64,000 nt of DNA from Callorhinchus milii (Eukaryota). Below the pieces are notes generated by a model. It saw only the letters and a program-made list of their open reading frames with translations, did no database searches and was not told the origin of the DNA. The stretch's first letter is position 1. Each line of letters begins with the position of its first letter. Of the stretch, positions 51,051 to 63,600 are shown piece by piece. The stretch covers positions 29,142,001-29,206,000 of the forward strand of contig NW_024704743.1 of assembly GCF_018977255.1 (NCBI RefSeq), read 5' to 3'. The translations under genes and the position numbers were made by a program.

Positions 51051-52289
51051 CCTCACCTTGTTGAAATCAGTTCAATAAATTTTCTCACTCTGTGACTCAC
51101 ATTTCATGGAAGACATTGCCTTGACTAACAGAGCCCCACGGAGAGTTAGCTGGTCATTTTGAGGAGTTATAACTTACAATGGATTCTCCATGTATTCTAT
51201 GTTTTGCTGGTGTTAAATATAATCTTGAGTTGTTGAAAAAATATGAACACTCAGAATGTCCTCAGAATAAACGCTGATATTAAATGTGACCGACAGATTA
51301 CTAGTTTACACACCAACATTTGTTGTTGTTGCTAAATCAGAATGAGCAAAAAGAGAAAAGGATCTTATATAACCAACATTCAGTGTTAGGCCCAGCTCCC
51401 CAAATAATATGGTTCCAAACTAGATTTGCCAGCCAGTTTTCTGACAGAAACAGAAATGTATTCAAGTTACCTGTTGTTCAGGTTGGATGGGATTGGCTAA
51501 CAGAATTGGGAGCTGTTGCAACGATAGACATAATCCACCCCTTAAAGTTGTGTGATCATTGGAGAAAACAGTGTAAGCACAGTACAACAGGGAGGCAAAA
51601 CAGGGATTTTCCATACTTAAGAATGTCAAAGGAGCTGGCAATATTGTTAAATCTCCCAGCACTCAAATTGACATCTTGACAGATACCACCGAGTTCTCCA
51701 GACTGTGTTTATGCATTTGCCTAAGTAGGTTCTCTCCACGGCAGATCTGTTGATTCTACACATATAAAGAAGATTGGTTTTCACAATACGGCACTCCATA
51801 ATGGAATGGTGCTTCGGTTTAACGTACACCATTTCTCCTGTTACAGCTACTAAGCATACAAAACTTCTATTTAGTGGACAATTATTTGAAAAAGAGAAAC
51901 ATCGTGATACCACCAACACAATGTACAATGTAAAGCTGCCTACCAAGATAAGCACTCTGAACAATTGCATTTGGTAAAATATTTATGTTTAAAAGTGCCA
52001 CCACCAGCACCCACATTAAATATCAAATTACAAAAAAAATTATTAATTTGACTTCCTTTTCTTTCTTTCTGATAATACTTTAGGTGGTATTTTTGCTTAA
52101 AATTGAGCAATTATCACATCATTGAGTAAAGAGGCTTATGTTACAAGGCTGGCAGTATTGAAGCATTTGAATGGCTGAATTGCCCCATATCACCAGTGTA
52201 CGTACACAAAAGGATATTTAGGTTGCAGTGGAATAATGACCCAGTTTTAAAACAAAGCATGAGTCAGCCCTGATGGTGTAGTTGAATGA

Positions 52290-52630
52290 GCTGCAGTTTA
52301 TGAACTGGAGCTCGCTGGGTCAAATCTTGGTGTATGTTGAATTTGCTGGTTTTGGCTGGTGCGATTAAATTAGCCTTGGCCTTATTTATGGTACAGAAAA
52401 CTAGGGTTTTCAGGGTTCCTGTTACTTGTCCTTCTATAGCACCCTCTACTGGGGAAGTGTGCATGTGTGACCAGGTGAAAAGAGGTCAGACTCGGTTGTG
52501 ATTTCCTCTATTGTGGAATGACTGGTAAAACAACAATTTGCATTCACTGACACGGCTCACACATGAACAAAGGCCACTTGGTGGGGTACTGGAAGGCAAC
52601 TGGTGCTTGTGGAACCTCAACTAGTATGAA
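52290..52630 (+). mobile_element. Ancient repeat family B
   Basis: gttgaatttgctg...cagggttcctg...cagactcggttgtgat...ggctcacacatgaacaaaggccacttgg. Confidence 0.55.
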
Positions 52631-55399
52631 GGGCTTCGGGACTAGGAAGAGAGGCTTGTGCCAAATGGGAAGAAAATTAAAAAAATAATGGGACATACAA
52701 AAACTAAAAGAAATTCAAGAAACACTTTGCACCAAGACTTCCGTGAATTTACGCGGGTGAAGGTGAACAAAGAGACGATTTTATGTCCCAGTATGGGCCA
52801 GTGGTCAATGGCAAAGCAGCAATCAGAGCGATACAGTCAAAGGGAAACTGATACTGTAAACAAGTAGGTGATTTCTCCTGGCATAGCTAATCCTGTTACA
52901 CAACAGTAGTATATGTCCTGGCACAACTGCTTCTGTTTCACACTGGTCGTATGGTATGTCCTACTGCAACTGATTCTATTACTCACCAATTGCATGGTAA
53001 GTCCTAGCAAAAGTGAACCTATTACACACCAGAAGTTTTGTAATATCCTCACACAAAGTATCCCATTACACACCATAGATTTGCAAACAACTTGTTTTGT
53101 GTGTGACAACCTATTGTACATTATGGTATTTTGGTTTGCTTGTTGTTTACTATCTTCTGATACACATCGTGATTACAGTTATCCTGCAATCCACAATTAG
53201 ACCTCAACCTACATTCAGGAAATTGTCAATTCCTTTCGCCCGTGCTCCTCAATGTTTGCTTTAGTTAATGTTGGAGTCAGCACATTCTAGATGTTATTCT
53301 TCAAACCCATAATAATTCAATTGGCCAAAACCACAGAGCACAGAGAAATTAATCACCAGATAAACCACAATCTGTAAATGACACATTACCCAGTGCTACC
53401 AATATATCATTCCCACTTAGCAAGAACACTGAAGAGGCATGATTTTACTTTGGACACAATTGAAGGCCAGATTTGTACAGTATTGTGTTAAAGAGAGTTA
53501 ACAAAATCCACTAAATCTCAGAATGTACACAGCAATGACTAGCATGTGAATAAGTTGAAAATTATATAAGCCTTCAGAAACTTTCCTCATGGACTACTTA
53601 TAGATTTAAGATGGAAGTATTTACACAAGAAAGTAAGATACATCACAAGAGGAAGTGATTGTCTAAATGTTGGATGAAAGTTAACAGTGCACAGTAGCTC
53701 TTCAGGTTAATACACGTAAACCTTATTATAACGTGGTTTGTTGGGTCCAAGGTGTCACCGATTGAGATATAAGTGAGGTGAGGAAAAAGGCCAATCAGGT
53801 TCTCCGCTGACATTACATCCTGCGCGTTACGCACACGTGCGTTATTCACAGGAAGTGCTGCTGATATCTTCCGTTGTGAAGTGCACATACGCACCATGTA
53901 GGAAGTGACATCAATGGCAACATGCCAACCCAGAAGTCGGCCACTTTTAACGTGAGAAGCAGGAATATCACATTTTCGGTTATTCTGTGTCCGCAGCAGC
54001 CTGTGAAGAATCACTATACTGAAAGGAGGTATATTGAAGAGGGTCCTAGTAGCTGATTTCATGCACATTATGTTTTTGAATCCTATGATGCCAGCAATAG
54101 CTTTCCTCTGTCTTACAACCCTCCCCCCCTCAACCTGGCAGAGTTCAGCAGATACTGTTGGGATGTGAAAGGCGCTATATAAATGTAAATTATTGTTGTT
54201 GTAAATTGTATAGGGTGAAGAACTGTTCAGTGTTTCTAAACAGAACTCGATTTTACCACGACAGTTGTCAGCAATGTTAAGGAAAATTTTCTTTGGGGTC
54301 GTTCTATCACTAAAAGAAATTCCTTGGGATGAAGCTGGTATTTCAAGCAGTTACGGAGCAGTTTAACAGAAACAACTAACTTATTCTGCAAGCGTATATG
54401 TCCATAAGGTGAATTTTGCTCTGTGTTTTCTTACCCGTCACAGCTTGTGGAAGCTGTTGCAATATTAAAAGAGCAGCTGTATGCAAAATGCTTTTGGCCA
54501 CTTTAAAAATGAATACGATTTTTTCAAGATTGCACCCATTGGCTCCAAATTTAGAATCACAAAACACTTCAGATAGGTATCACAGAGTTATGGAAATCAC
54601 CTTAACACAGATCATTTGTTTGCATCAGCTGGGAAGAAGAATTGAGTCAAACCCCAAAATCAAGGAGAATTTCATGTCTTCCTGAAGTTGCCCACCCACC
54701 TTTCAGACTTCATTCGCTGTTTGAGAAGAAACATGGGATGAACCCCTTTGCTTGCTTTTTATTTAATGCTTTCCGCACAAAAGCACAGAGCCACTGAAGT
54801 TCAGTAGTCGTTGCTCAAGTTATGAATCAGCTTTTCAGAACTGATATTTCTGTGCAATCTGGGACAAAAACGATCTTGCAAATAAATGAAATGAATGTAT
54901 AGTTCTGAAATTCCCTGATTAATGAAGTGAATTAATTGTTATAAACTTTTGGGACCCAGACATTTGATCAACAGTTTGTCAGATTGAAATGTGAAAGTGC
55001 ACAGTGTAGGCTCAGTTTTAAAAGAATTACTGGAGGACACTGTTACAACAGGGTGTCCAGGATGCTTGACACTCCCCCACCTCCCCACCAGTGTTGTAAC
55101 AGAGCTGTTTAAAAAAATGGCAGCTTCCAGGTCAACAGTTCATGCTGATGTCCCTTCTGGTTCCAGTTGCACACTGGCCAGCTTCCTATACACAAGCGCA
55201 AGAAGCTGGTGGGTCTGTACAACAATCCCGCAAACTGCAGGCCCACAGAAGACTGTAGTAATAAACAAATTCACGCTCCAGCGACGCACTTAATAATGGG
55301 GTCCCCCTGTACCTTCAAGCCCAATTCACAAAAGTTTAAAAAGCAGTCGGTTAAAAGCAATTCAGGAGCGCCTCTGTTGGGGCTGAGTAGGTAAAGAAC

Positions 55400-55745
55400 C
55401 AGGCCATAACCCACTGGATGTTGGCAGGTTGATTAGGAATCTGTGTTGATCTCAATCAGGACAGCGTTTGAGGGAATTACAATTGGCCTCAGGGTCCCTT
55501 GTTTAAGGGAGGTGACAGGTTTTTAAGGGGTCAGGATTTCTGCTCCTGATCCCTATTGAGAACTCTGCTAGAATTTGGATGTACATATAAATGGTTGTGT
55601 TTGTCAGCGTGAACGTGTGTGTACGTGTGCGCGCTGACATGAGGAAAGGAGAGAATCAAGTTCAGGCTCGGCTTTGACGGCCTTGGTCAAAGAACCTGCC
55701 AGGGCTCACCGTGAAGAATGACCACTGGGACGAGGCCTGCAGTAG
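55400..55745 (+). mobile_element. Ancient repeat family B
   Basis: tgatctca...acaattggcctcag...tgctcctgatc...caggctcggct...ggctcaccgtgaagaatgaccactggg. Confidence 0.55.
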
Positions 55746-57134
55746 AAGGAAAGGGGAGTTAAATACCTTTCATGAGAGGAGGAGGGGGAGGAGCGGAGAA
55801 CATTAGAAGAGAAAATTGGCAGACAGAAAAAAACTTTGGAATTCTGTGACAACCAGGCACTCTGGGAATGAAAGAATGCTGGTGATTATTTTTGAGTTGG
55901 GGGTGGGGGGGGAGAGGTGGGGGGAGCGTAGGGCTGTGATGAAAATCTAGGTCTGCGTGGCAGGAGTGGGCATGCTCAGACACAAGGGTCAGGACTCAAA
56001 TCTCAGTTTGAGTAGTTGAGTTTCTCTTTGCAGTGATTCCCTAAATAGCTCTTGAAGAAAAACCTGTATTTACTTCAAACTTGTCACAAATACTTGAGCA
56101 AATGTGACTGGAATCAGACCGTGTAGTAATTTCCGCTCCATCACTTTCCTTGCGACATTTACTGCAGCATTCTTATCTTATCAGCACGATAATCTCACAT
56201 TTCATCAAGTCCTAACAGGGAGAGGACCTCATAATAAAAGTGATTTCACTCTTCCTATGGCTCTATATAAGTACAAAATAAGGTAGAAAACAGAGCCTGT
56301 TTAATGACCGAGTGCGATAAGAGATAGGGGGTGGTGGAAAAAAATAACAGCGAGCTGTCTGGTCTGCTCAGGAAGTTGCGAATCAGTGGTATTGTCGGGG
56401 GGAGGGGGGGCACAGAATGCCGTCAGTGCCCAAACAATGCATAAGCTCCACTTTGGGGAAATGAAGTCAGTCAGCGCTGGCTTTGACAAGCATACTGACA
56501 AAGGAGATAAACCACTAACAGGACAAAAACAGAGGATACCAGGATATACACACCATGAAGCAATGCCAATTACACAGTAGCCTGTTATGACAGACAATGC
56601 GGCCTATGCTTCATTGCTTGCAGCAGCTGGTAGGATCTCATAAGATATAGGTTCACATCTTGCAGTTGGTAGAAAACAGATAATGGGCAGATACTGAGCT
56701 GGTGTTAAAAAAAACACTGAAGGGCTACTGAGCATGCTCAGAGCATTCTCTTCCTCAAGCTCCACGAAGAAGGAAGTCAAAGCTCCAACCTTTCACATTA
56801 CATCATATAAAAGGCTCATTTATCACTGGCCAACAAACATCGAAAAAATCATAACATCCTTCCAGGAAAATCATGTGGAAAGTAATCAGATCGACTTTGC
56901 TGAAAGCTTTCTGCACCGAAGTCATAGTGTTGGTGCAAGTGTGATTCAACAACTTGAAGAAAAAAAACGAACACATAAACCCCCTCTGGGTGACTCAATG
57001 GTGACAGGCTTAATGTTAAAAATGTTAAAAATCAGGCTTAATGTTAAAAATCAGAGAGCTCACCAAATCGGCAAAATGCATGCAAAGAAACAGGCACCTG
57101 CACGTCAAGGGAGAGGAAATTTTATTTAGATGGA

Positions 57135-57980
57135 GCATGGTTCTGGGCACTCCTTTATGGAATGAGGCATGAAAAGTTACACTGTAAGTCCATATGGATG
57201 ACACTGGGATAAAGGGTTATAGGAATGAAGATAGGCTACTAACATTGGGGCCTTTTCAGTGGAACACAGAAGGTTAAAGGGGACCTAAATAGCTTTGGGA
57301 GAATAGAAAGTGAAAATTATTCCTGCCATATGGTAAATTAGTGACTGGGGGAAGAGGACATAACAATAATATTTATTATCCTTGATTTCATATAGCGGCT
57401 TTGTCTTTGATGTGTCACCAGTGGTGGGGTTTACAATTGAGTCACTCAAAGGGGGCTTATGTGTCCATTTTTACTTGAAGTTGTTGAATTACACTTGCAC
57501 AGTGGAGTCCTGTAGCTCGGTGGTTAGAGCACTTGCCTCGCAAGCGAGAGGACCTGGGTTTGATTCCCGGGCAGGGCGAAATGTTGGCAAGTTTCCTTAC
57601 TCCACACTCCTCTGTTTACCTAGCAGTACATAGGAATGCGATTATTAGACGATTGGCGGAATGCTTTTACGGGGGTAATAATTCGTTAAAAAAAATTTGG
57701 TCACTCAATCCATGACTGTTTGCGCACAATTGGCTGCTGCGTTTCACCCACAAAATATACAAAAGAAGCACTTTGAGACGTCTCAAAAACATAAGGCGCT
57801 ATATCAAATGCAAGGATTATTATTAATTATATCTGGATTAAGGATTGTCACTGGAAGCATTAATTGGGAGGTTAAAGGAAACCTTTTGCACAGAGGATTG
57901 TTGAGACATGGAATGCATTCCCACAAGCTGCTACAGTGTTGAGCTCAAACATAGGTTCATTGGGCCAAATGGCATTCTTC
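57135..57980 (+). mobile_element. Decayed CR1 3' fragment split by a SINE
   Basis: ttggggccttttcagtggaacacagaaggttaaaggggaccta (LG.FS.E.RRL.GDL-like) lies before the SINE; ccttttgcacagagg...tggaatgcattccc and gggccaaatggc lie after it. Confidence 0.55.
57502..57830 (+). mobile_element. SINE family A, long variant
   Basis: Well-preserved tRNA-like head (A box tagctcggtgg, CGC anticodon-like loop, B box ggtttgattcc), body and (ATT)n tail. Confidence 0.9.
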
Positions 57981-60941
57981 GGTGCTTTTTGATTTTTTTG
58001 ATAAAAGGATGTTCACTGTTTTCGATACGTTTCGTTTACAAGAAAAAAAATTCTACATCCACTTGGAAGTCCTGATGTAGTATGAGACTTTTGCAGCGTG
58101 CAAGCCACAGCCCCACCTTTCATACTGTACGGATCACTGACTGACAAATAGCAGGCATTAATCAACTGCTCATAGTAAGTAGTTAGTTATTTTGATAATG
58201 TTGCAATTCCCTGATAAAGTAATTGCCTGTTGTGCAGTTCGACAACATTAAAAAATGCCAATATTATGTTGTCCCCTTGTAAATGTGGTGAAAATAAAGC
58301 TTCCTGTCTTGCACGCAGAGGGGCTAGACGGAGCAATGTTTTGTATATCAGAGATGTTGATTGATAAAAAGGATACGAGTAATGACAGGCCTCTACTAGT
58401 ACAGGTACACTGCAGATGTCAAGGAGGTCAGGCTTTTGTCAGCACAAGCACCACATACAAACTCACTTTACACCTGTGGCTATCCCTACACTCTACCAAC
58501 AAAACATAAAACAGCATCAACAGTTTGATCCATCAGATATGGAGCACAACTGGCCAAGTCAATCCTGCAATGATGAGAATTTAGTTACAGAGGATTTTCT
58601 CGCTGCTCAATGGCTCTGAATCGTACAAATTTGTTCAGATATCTGAGGGGGAAATTGCTGTGTTTCCCAAAATCGAGAATTTCTACAATATGAAGCATTG
58701 AAATAAATTAAATAATGTGTGGTTTTGTACTGGTTTGGGTTTCAGTTTCTTCCTAAATCTAAATAAACCTACATGAAGCCATTATATTGTATGCGATGAA
58801 TTGGGATTTGGCCTCATTCTGATCTTCCAATACTGCCTAGATATTTCAACTTGAAATAGCAAACTGAGCAGAAATGCAAATCCTCAGTGCGTAATCAACT
58901 CTCTTTCAATATATTCATTTCCGTCATGACCCCTTCGTTTATCGATACCATATGCAGTAAACAAGTTTTTCCACTATTTTTTATTTGATAACATTTCAAG
59001 GACAAAGATAATTTTGGTTTTATGGTATGAGTTACTATTGTCCCCTCCTTTGATTTTTATCTGCCCCATCAATTTTTCTGCTCTCATCTTTTGTCACATG
59101 CTAGTTACTTATCTAGGAGGTAAGCTGTGTGTACAATACAATATTACATTTGTATAGCGCCTTTCACGTCAGGAGGACATCCCAAGGCGGGTGAAAGTGA
59201 GGCTAGTGAAGCAACTATGGGCTGGTCTACCCTTGTTGCTTCCTGAGGGCTTCACAGTCACATTGAACTGGTGTGCTTCCCCTCCCTGGCTCAGTCTGTT
59301 AAAGCAGCAACACTTTGCATCAACAAGATGCAAAAAAATTCAGAAACCCAAACTTCACCATAGTTCCTATCAGTATGAACTAAACCCAAAGGCTCAGACA
59401 TAAAGATTGAGTCAAAGCTTTGGAGAGGTACATCGTGCAATTGCAATGCAGAAAGGAGTCAGTGAATTGGAGACAGAAGGAGAACCAGGAGAAAACATTC
59501 CCACCCTCATAAATAATCTACAAGAAGGCTTGCCTAGATTCAGTAGAAACTGGTATTCGTTTGTATTTTGCAATGTTATGGAATCTGATAAGATTTGTTT
59601 TATGATACCACTAGGTGAACAATTGAACAATTGAAAAAATAAATAAATTAAAACTTGTCTGGAGCCTCACAAACACAGTTTGGTAGGGTCAAAGATAAGG
59701 GAGGGGTGGGATGAGGAGGAGCCTAAAAATCCACGCTCGTAGCGAGAGTGAATCACTGACAGGCGTCTGAAATGTGAACTTTTACTGAGGTACCAGAGGA
59801 GGCCTGGGTGTCAGTGGCTGTCAATTTATCTCAGTTTAACATCCACCCGTTGCGAAAATTTATGTAAAAAAAATTGATACAACTTATAAAAAAAATTGGT
59901 ATCATTTTTAAAAAAATTGCTAAACATGATAGTCAACACTATTTGTTGGAAATTGGATAAAGTGAAAGAAATTGATTTCTCCCACCTTTTCTGTACACAT
60001 ATTCATTTTACCAGTTAGGTTCTATCCTGCCCACATGTGCCCCATTTGTAAAATCCTAGAGTTCGCAAGTCTTATACTCTACCTGTATAATCTTGTTTAA
60101 TTTCCTAATTCGCTTACTTTCAATTACAGACTTGGATTTCTTCCAAGTGACATGTGCAGTTCAGACTATAATTGCCTTTGCTGGATTCTTACAGAATTTG
60201 ATTGTGGCCAAAGGTGACAAGATTTAGAAAATTAATATTGTCCATTAGCATTACTATATTCTAAAGAAGTAAATTGCTTGTGCTTAGGTAATACTAAAGT
60301 AGAACCAGAGAAGTCAGTGTCAATATATTTGTGTTTCACACGTCAACCTAACTGTTGAAGCATGATAAACTGTCAGATTATACACCTTATCCAAACCCTA
60401 GCTTTGAGAGGTTCGGATTACATTGCTTTCACTATATTCTACTTGGCACACACTCTATGAGGTTACACTCCTGCAACACTGATCTTCACTGAATCTTATT
60501 CCTTGATATTTATATGCTACTTAGTCTCCACTTCAGGAAATTAACCCAGAAGGCTCTTCTTTCCAACAAACCCTACAATATAATGAAGCTATCCATTCAC
60601 TTACATGGTTTGAATTCACAAGTGGCACATTTAAAGGATTAACACTTAAATTGCTATCTGCCATGTGGTACGGTGCAAGAAGACTTTACAGATGGCATGT
60701 TTTTCTTTAAGTACTCATCAAGGTGAAAGATGTCAGTGCTGGGAATAGAATGGGTTTTCTCACTCACCGAGTGTCAATACCCAGCACTTCCTGTTCAAAT
60801 AGAGCAAATCCAGATGAGGGCAAAGCTCCTGCTCTGCTGATCACCTGAACCTAAGCTTCCTAACAACACTGACGACTGCATCATGAAACCTAAAGAAAAG
60901 AAGGCTGACAAATTGCTGAAAGTGCTACCCCAAAAGTATCA

Positions 60942-61230
60942 GACCTGGGTTTGTTTCCCGGCAGGGCGAAACCTTGGGCAAATTTCCTTACTCTACACGC
61001 CTAATAATAATCCCTCCAAAAAAAATAATAAATTGGTAATCTTCAATCCACGACTGTTTGTGGGCACTGCTGTGTGCAACTGGCTGCTGCGTTTTACCCA
61101 CAAATATACGGTCAATTCACTTTACAGCATATTCTGTGAAGCGCTTTGAGACGTCCAGAAGACGTGAATAGCGCTATATCAAATGCAAGCGCTATATCAA
61201 ATAATATTATCATATTATTATTATTATGAT
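60942..61230 (+). mobile_element. SINE family A, short variant, 5'-truncated
   Basis: Same body as 21850-22111; the tail carries a small tandem duplication of gcgctatatcaaat. Confidence 0.88.
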
Positions 61231-61664
61231 TATCACTCAGTTAACAAGTCTTGCAAAGCTTTTCATCAGCCTCAAAAGCTCAGATCAGTATGATATCAAG
61301 ATAAGAGTTCATTCATTGTCCTGCAGCAAAAATGCCAAAACACTAATTGTTAATGTCACCATTTCAACAAATTTTGTTTTATCTTGAAGACTACAATTTC
61401 ACTGCTGGGGGGCAATATTGGCAAGTACAACAAAAACAACTTGCATTTATATAGCTCCCTTCACATGGGTAGAGTCGCTGAGTGCTTGGGTAGTTTCCCA
61501 GAGTGCTTGTGCTAGTTTTCACTGATGTGAATTTAACTCAGAACACGATGCACATGAATATAATGTTCCATCATGACTAATTCTTCATTTTTCTCATGGT
61601 GCAATGGTCCTCTCTACACAACTTTGGCATTTGGTGTGCAGCGCACCTCCAGCACTGCATTCAT

Positions 61665-62205
61665 GTGTCAGCCTGGCTCAGTTGGTAGCACTCTTACTGC
61701 TAAGTCAAAAGATTGTGGGTTCAAGCCCCAAATTGGGACTTGAACTCACATAGTCAAGGTTGACACTTCAATGCAATAACAGGGTATACTATATTGTGCA
61801 AGGTGCAAGTTATTGAATAAGACATTAAGCAGACCTTACACCAACCCAGAGCCTTGGGATGTGAAAATGCTTTATAAATGCAATTTGTTGCTGATGATGT
61901 TAAGGTCCCGTCTGCTTATTCAGGTGGACATTAAAGATCCCAAGGCATTACTTGAAAATTGGAGAGAGGTTTCTACAAATTCTTCCACAAATTGCTATTA
62001 GGCAGCCGCATTCAATACTTAAAGTCCGGGCCAACAATACTCCAAATAAAACTGGTTACTCAGTACCTGACTGTTTGTGGAGCATTGATGTGTGCAAATT
62101 AGTTATCCCATTAGCCCACAAAATACAGTCACTGCACTTTACAGTATATCCTGTGAAGCTCCTTGAGATGTCCTAATGTGAAAGGAGCTATATTAAATTT
62201 TCTCT
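61665..62205 (+). mobile_element. Old SacSINE1/Deu-SINE-like element, near full length
   Basis: tggctcagttggtagcactctt...gtgggttcaagccc head (A and B boxes), caggtggacattaaagatccca body, ctgtttgtgg..attgatgtgtgcaaatt Deu-like block and an L2-like tail. Confidence 0.75.
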
Positions 62206-62480
62206 TTGACCGTGCCTTCAGCTCCCCTCTCGACTCTCTTCCCCCTCCTCGCTCCCTCCCTTCCTTCCCCTCACCCTGACCATTTCCCCGCTCCTCGCTC
62301 CCTCCCTTCCCTCCCGTCACCCTGACCATTTCCCCCCTCCTCGCTCCCTCCCTTCCCTCCCCTCACCCTGACCATTTCCCCCCTGCTCGGGTCATGACCC
62401 AACTGTGCAGCGCCTTGGGGCGTCCTCCTGACGTGAAAGGCGCTTTATAAATGGAATCTTGTTGTTGTTGTTGTTGTTGT
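62205..62480 (+). mobile_element. L2 3' tail containing a 3 x 46-bp minisatellite (62241-62378)
   Basis: Unit ccccctcctcgctccctcccttccYtcccctcaccctgaccatttc repeated three times, followed by gcgccttggggcgtcctcctgacgtgaaaggcgctttataaa-(ttg)n. Confidence 0.8.
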
Positions 62481-63199
62481 AAAGGTAAGTGTTATTTTAT
62501 TGATACTGCACTTTTGCATGTTGCACACATTTGACATTCATAGAGAAAATTCTGGACTCTGTTTTTTGATAGAAAATTCCATTGATATGATGACAAGATA
62601 AATAATTTTTTTTAAAAGGTAAGCAGCTGAAATGAACAGTGGACCTCAAATCTTTCAAAACCAACAAAATATTACCTTTCTAGACATTCCATGTCTGGTG
62701 GTCTCTTGGAAGAGGGCTATTAAATTACTGTCAGATTCAAATGCAATCATGCACTCTGGTCTCCTCCTTAATGGGACTACCTGAAATACCTCCAATGCGC
62801 AACCACACATTGGAATACTGTGCAATTTTCTAAGACATTACTGAATGAAAATAAATAGATTTATGGGCTCTTCAGCAGGCCTAGTTAGAAAAGGGGTCTT
62901 CTTTTGATATGTAAGTGTAACATGACAAAGCAATTAGAAAATTGTTTATTCTGTTCATCTGCAGCATCTAACTTTAAAAAAAAATTTTTTTTTGCTCACA
63001 TCAGCAAAGATGCTACTGGAACAAATGGCCAACATGCCATCCAGGGTCAGTGTTAGGCAGATCAGAGGCAGGAGTAATGGTTCCTTCATTCTCCCCAACT
63101 ATAGCCATATATATATATATAGTATATATATAATATATATAGGCTCGAAATTCCACCTAGTGTTAGTCCATAAGACTATGCGGTCTTAAAATTTAAGAT

Positions 63200-63600
63200 G
63201 ATGATAACAATAACAATCGTCCTTGTATTTGATATAGTGCTTTATCACACCATTGATACATCTTAAACCGCTTCACAGGAATATACTGCAAAATGATTGA
63301 CTGTGTATTAGGTCGTTAAATGAGGCAGCCAGGTTGTGCACTGGGGTGTCCCATAAACAGCCAAGGAGTGAGTGACCAATTTTAATTGGGGGAATTGTTG
63401 GCCAGGATCCTGAGAAAAACTTCTGTGTCTTTAACGTCCACCTGAACAGGCAGTCGAGATCTCGGTTTAGCGTCTCATCTGAGGAACACCACCTCCGACA
63501 ACGCAGTACACTGCCATTGGAGTGTCAGCATAGACTGTATGGGTTCCAAGTCCTGACATGGGATTGAACTCACAACCTTTTGATTCAGACGTAAAGATGA
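63200..63600 (-). mobile_element. SacSINE1/Deu-like SINE with a family A-type tail
   Basis: ccttgtatttgatatag tail, cccataaacagc, tctttaacgtccacctgaac...ctcggtttagcgtctcatc and ttgaactcacaacctt head, all reversed. Confidence 0.75.

Noticed and set aside
57502..57577. tRNA-Ala(CGC)-like cloverleaf (also at 9523, 13502, ~2170-2249 and ~3945-4010)
   Set aside because: Each is followed by the same repeat body and (ATT)n tail and carries scattered mutations, so these are SINE heads rather than tRNA genes.
60735..60790. 9-bp inverted repeat agtgctggg...cccagcact
   Set aside because: Short stem with a long, poorly paired interior; within chance expectation.
62241..62378. 3 x 46-bp repeat as a CRISPR-like array
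   Set aside because: Head-to-tail units without unique spacers, inside an L2 tail of a vertebrate genome; an ordinary minisatellite.
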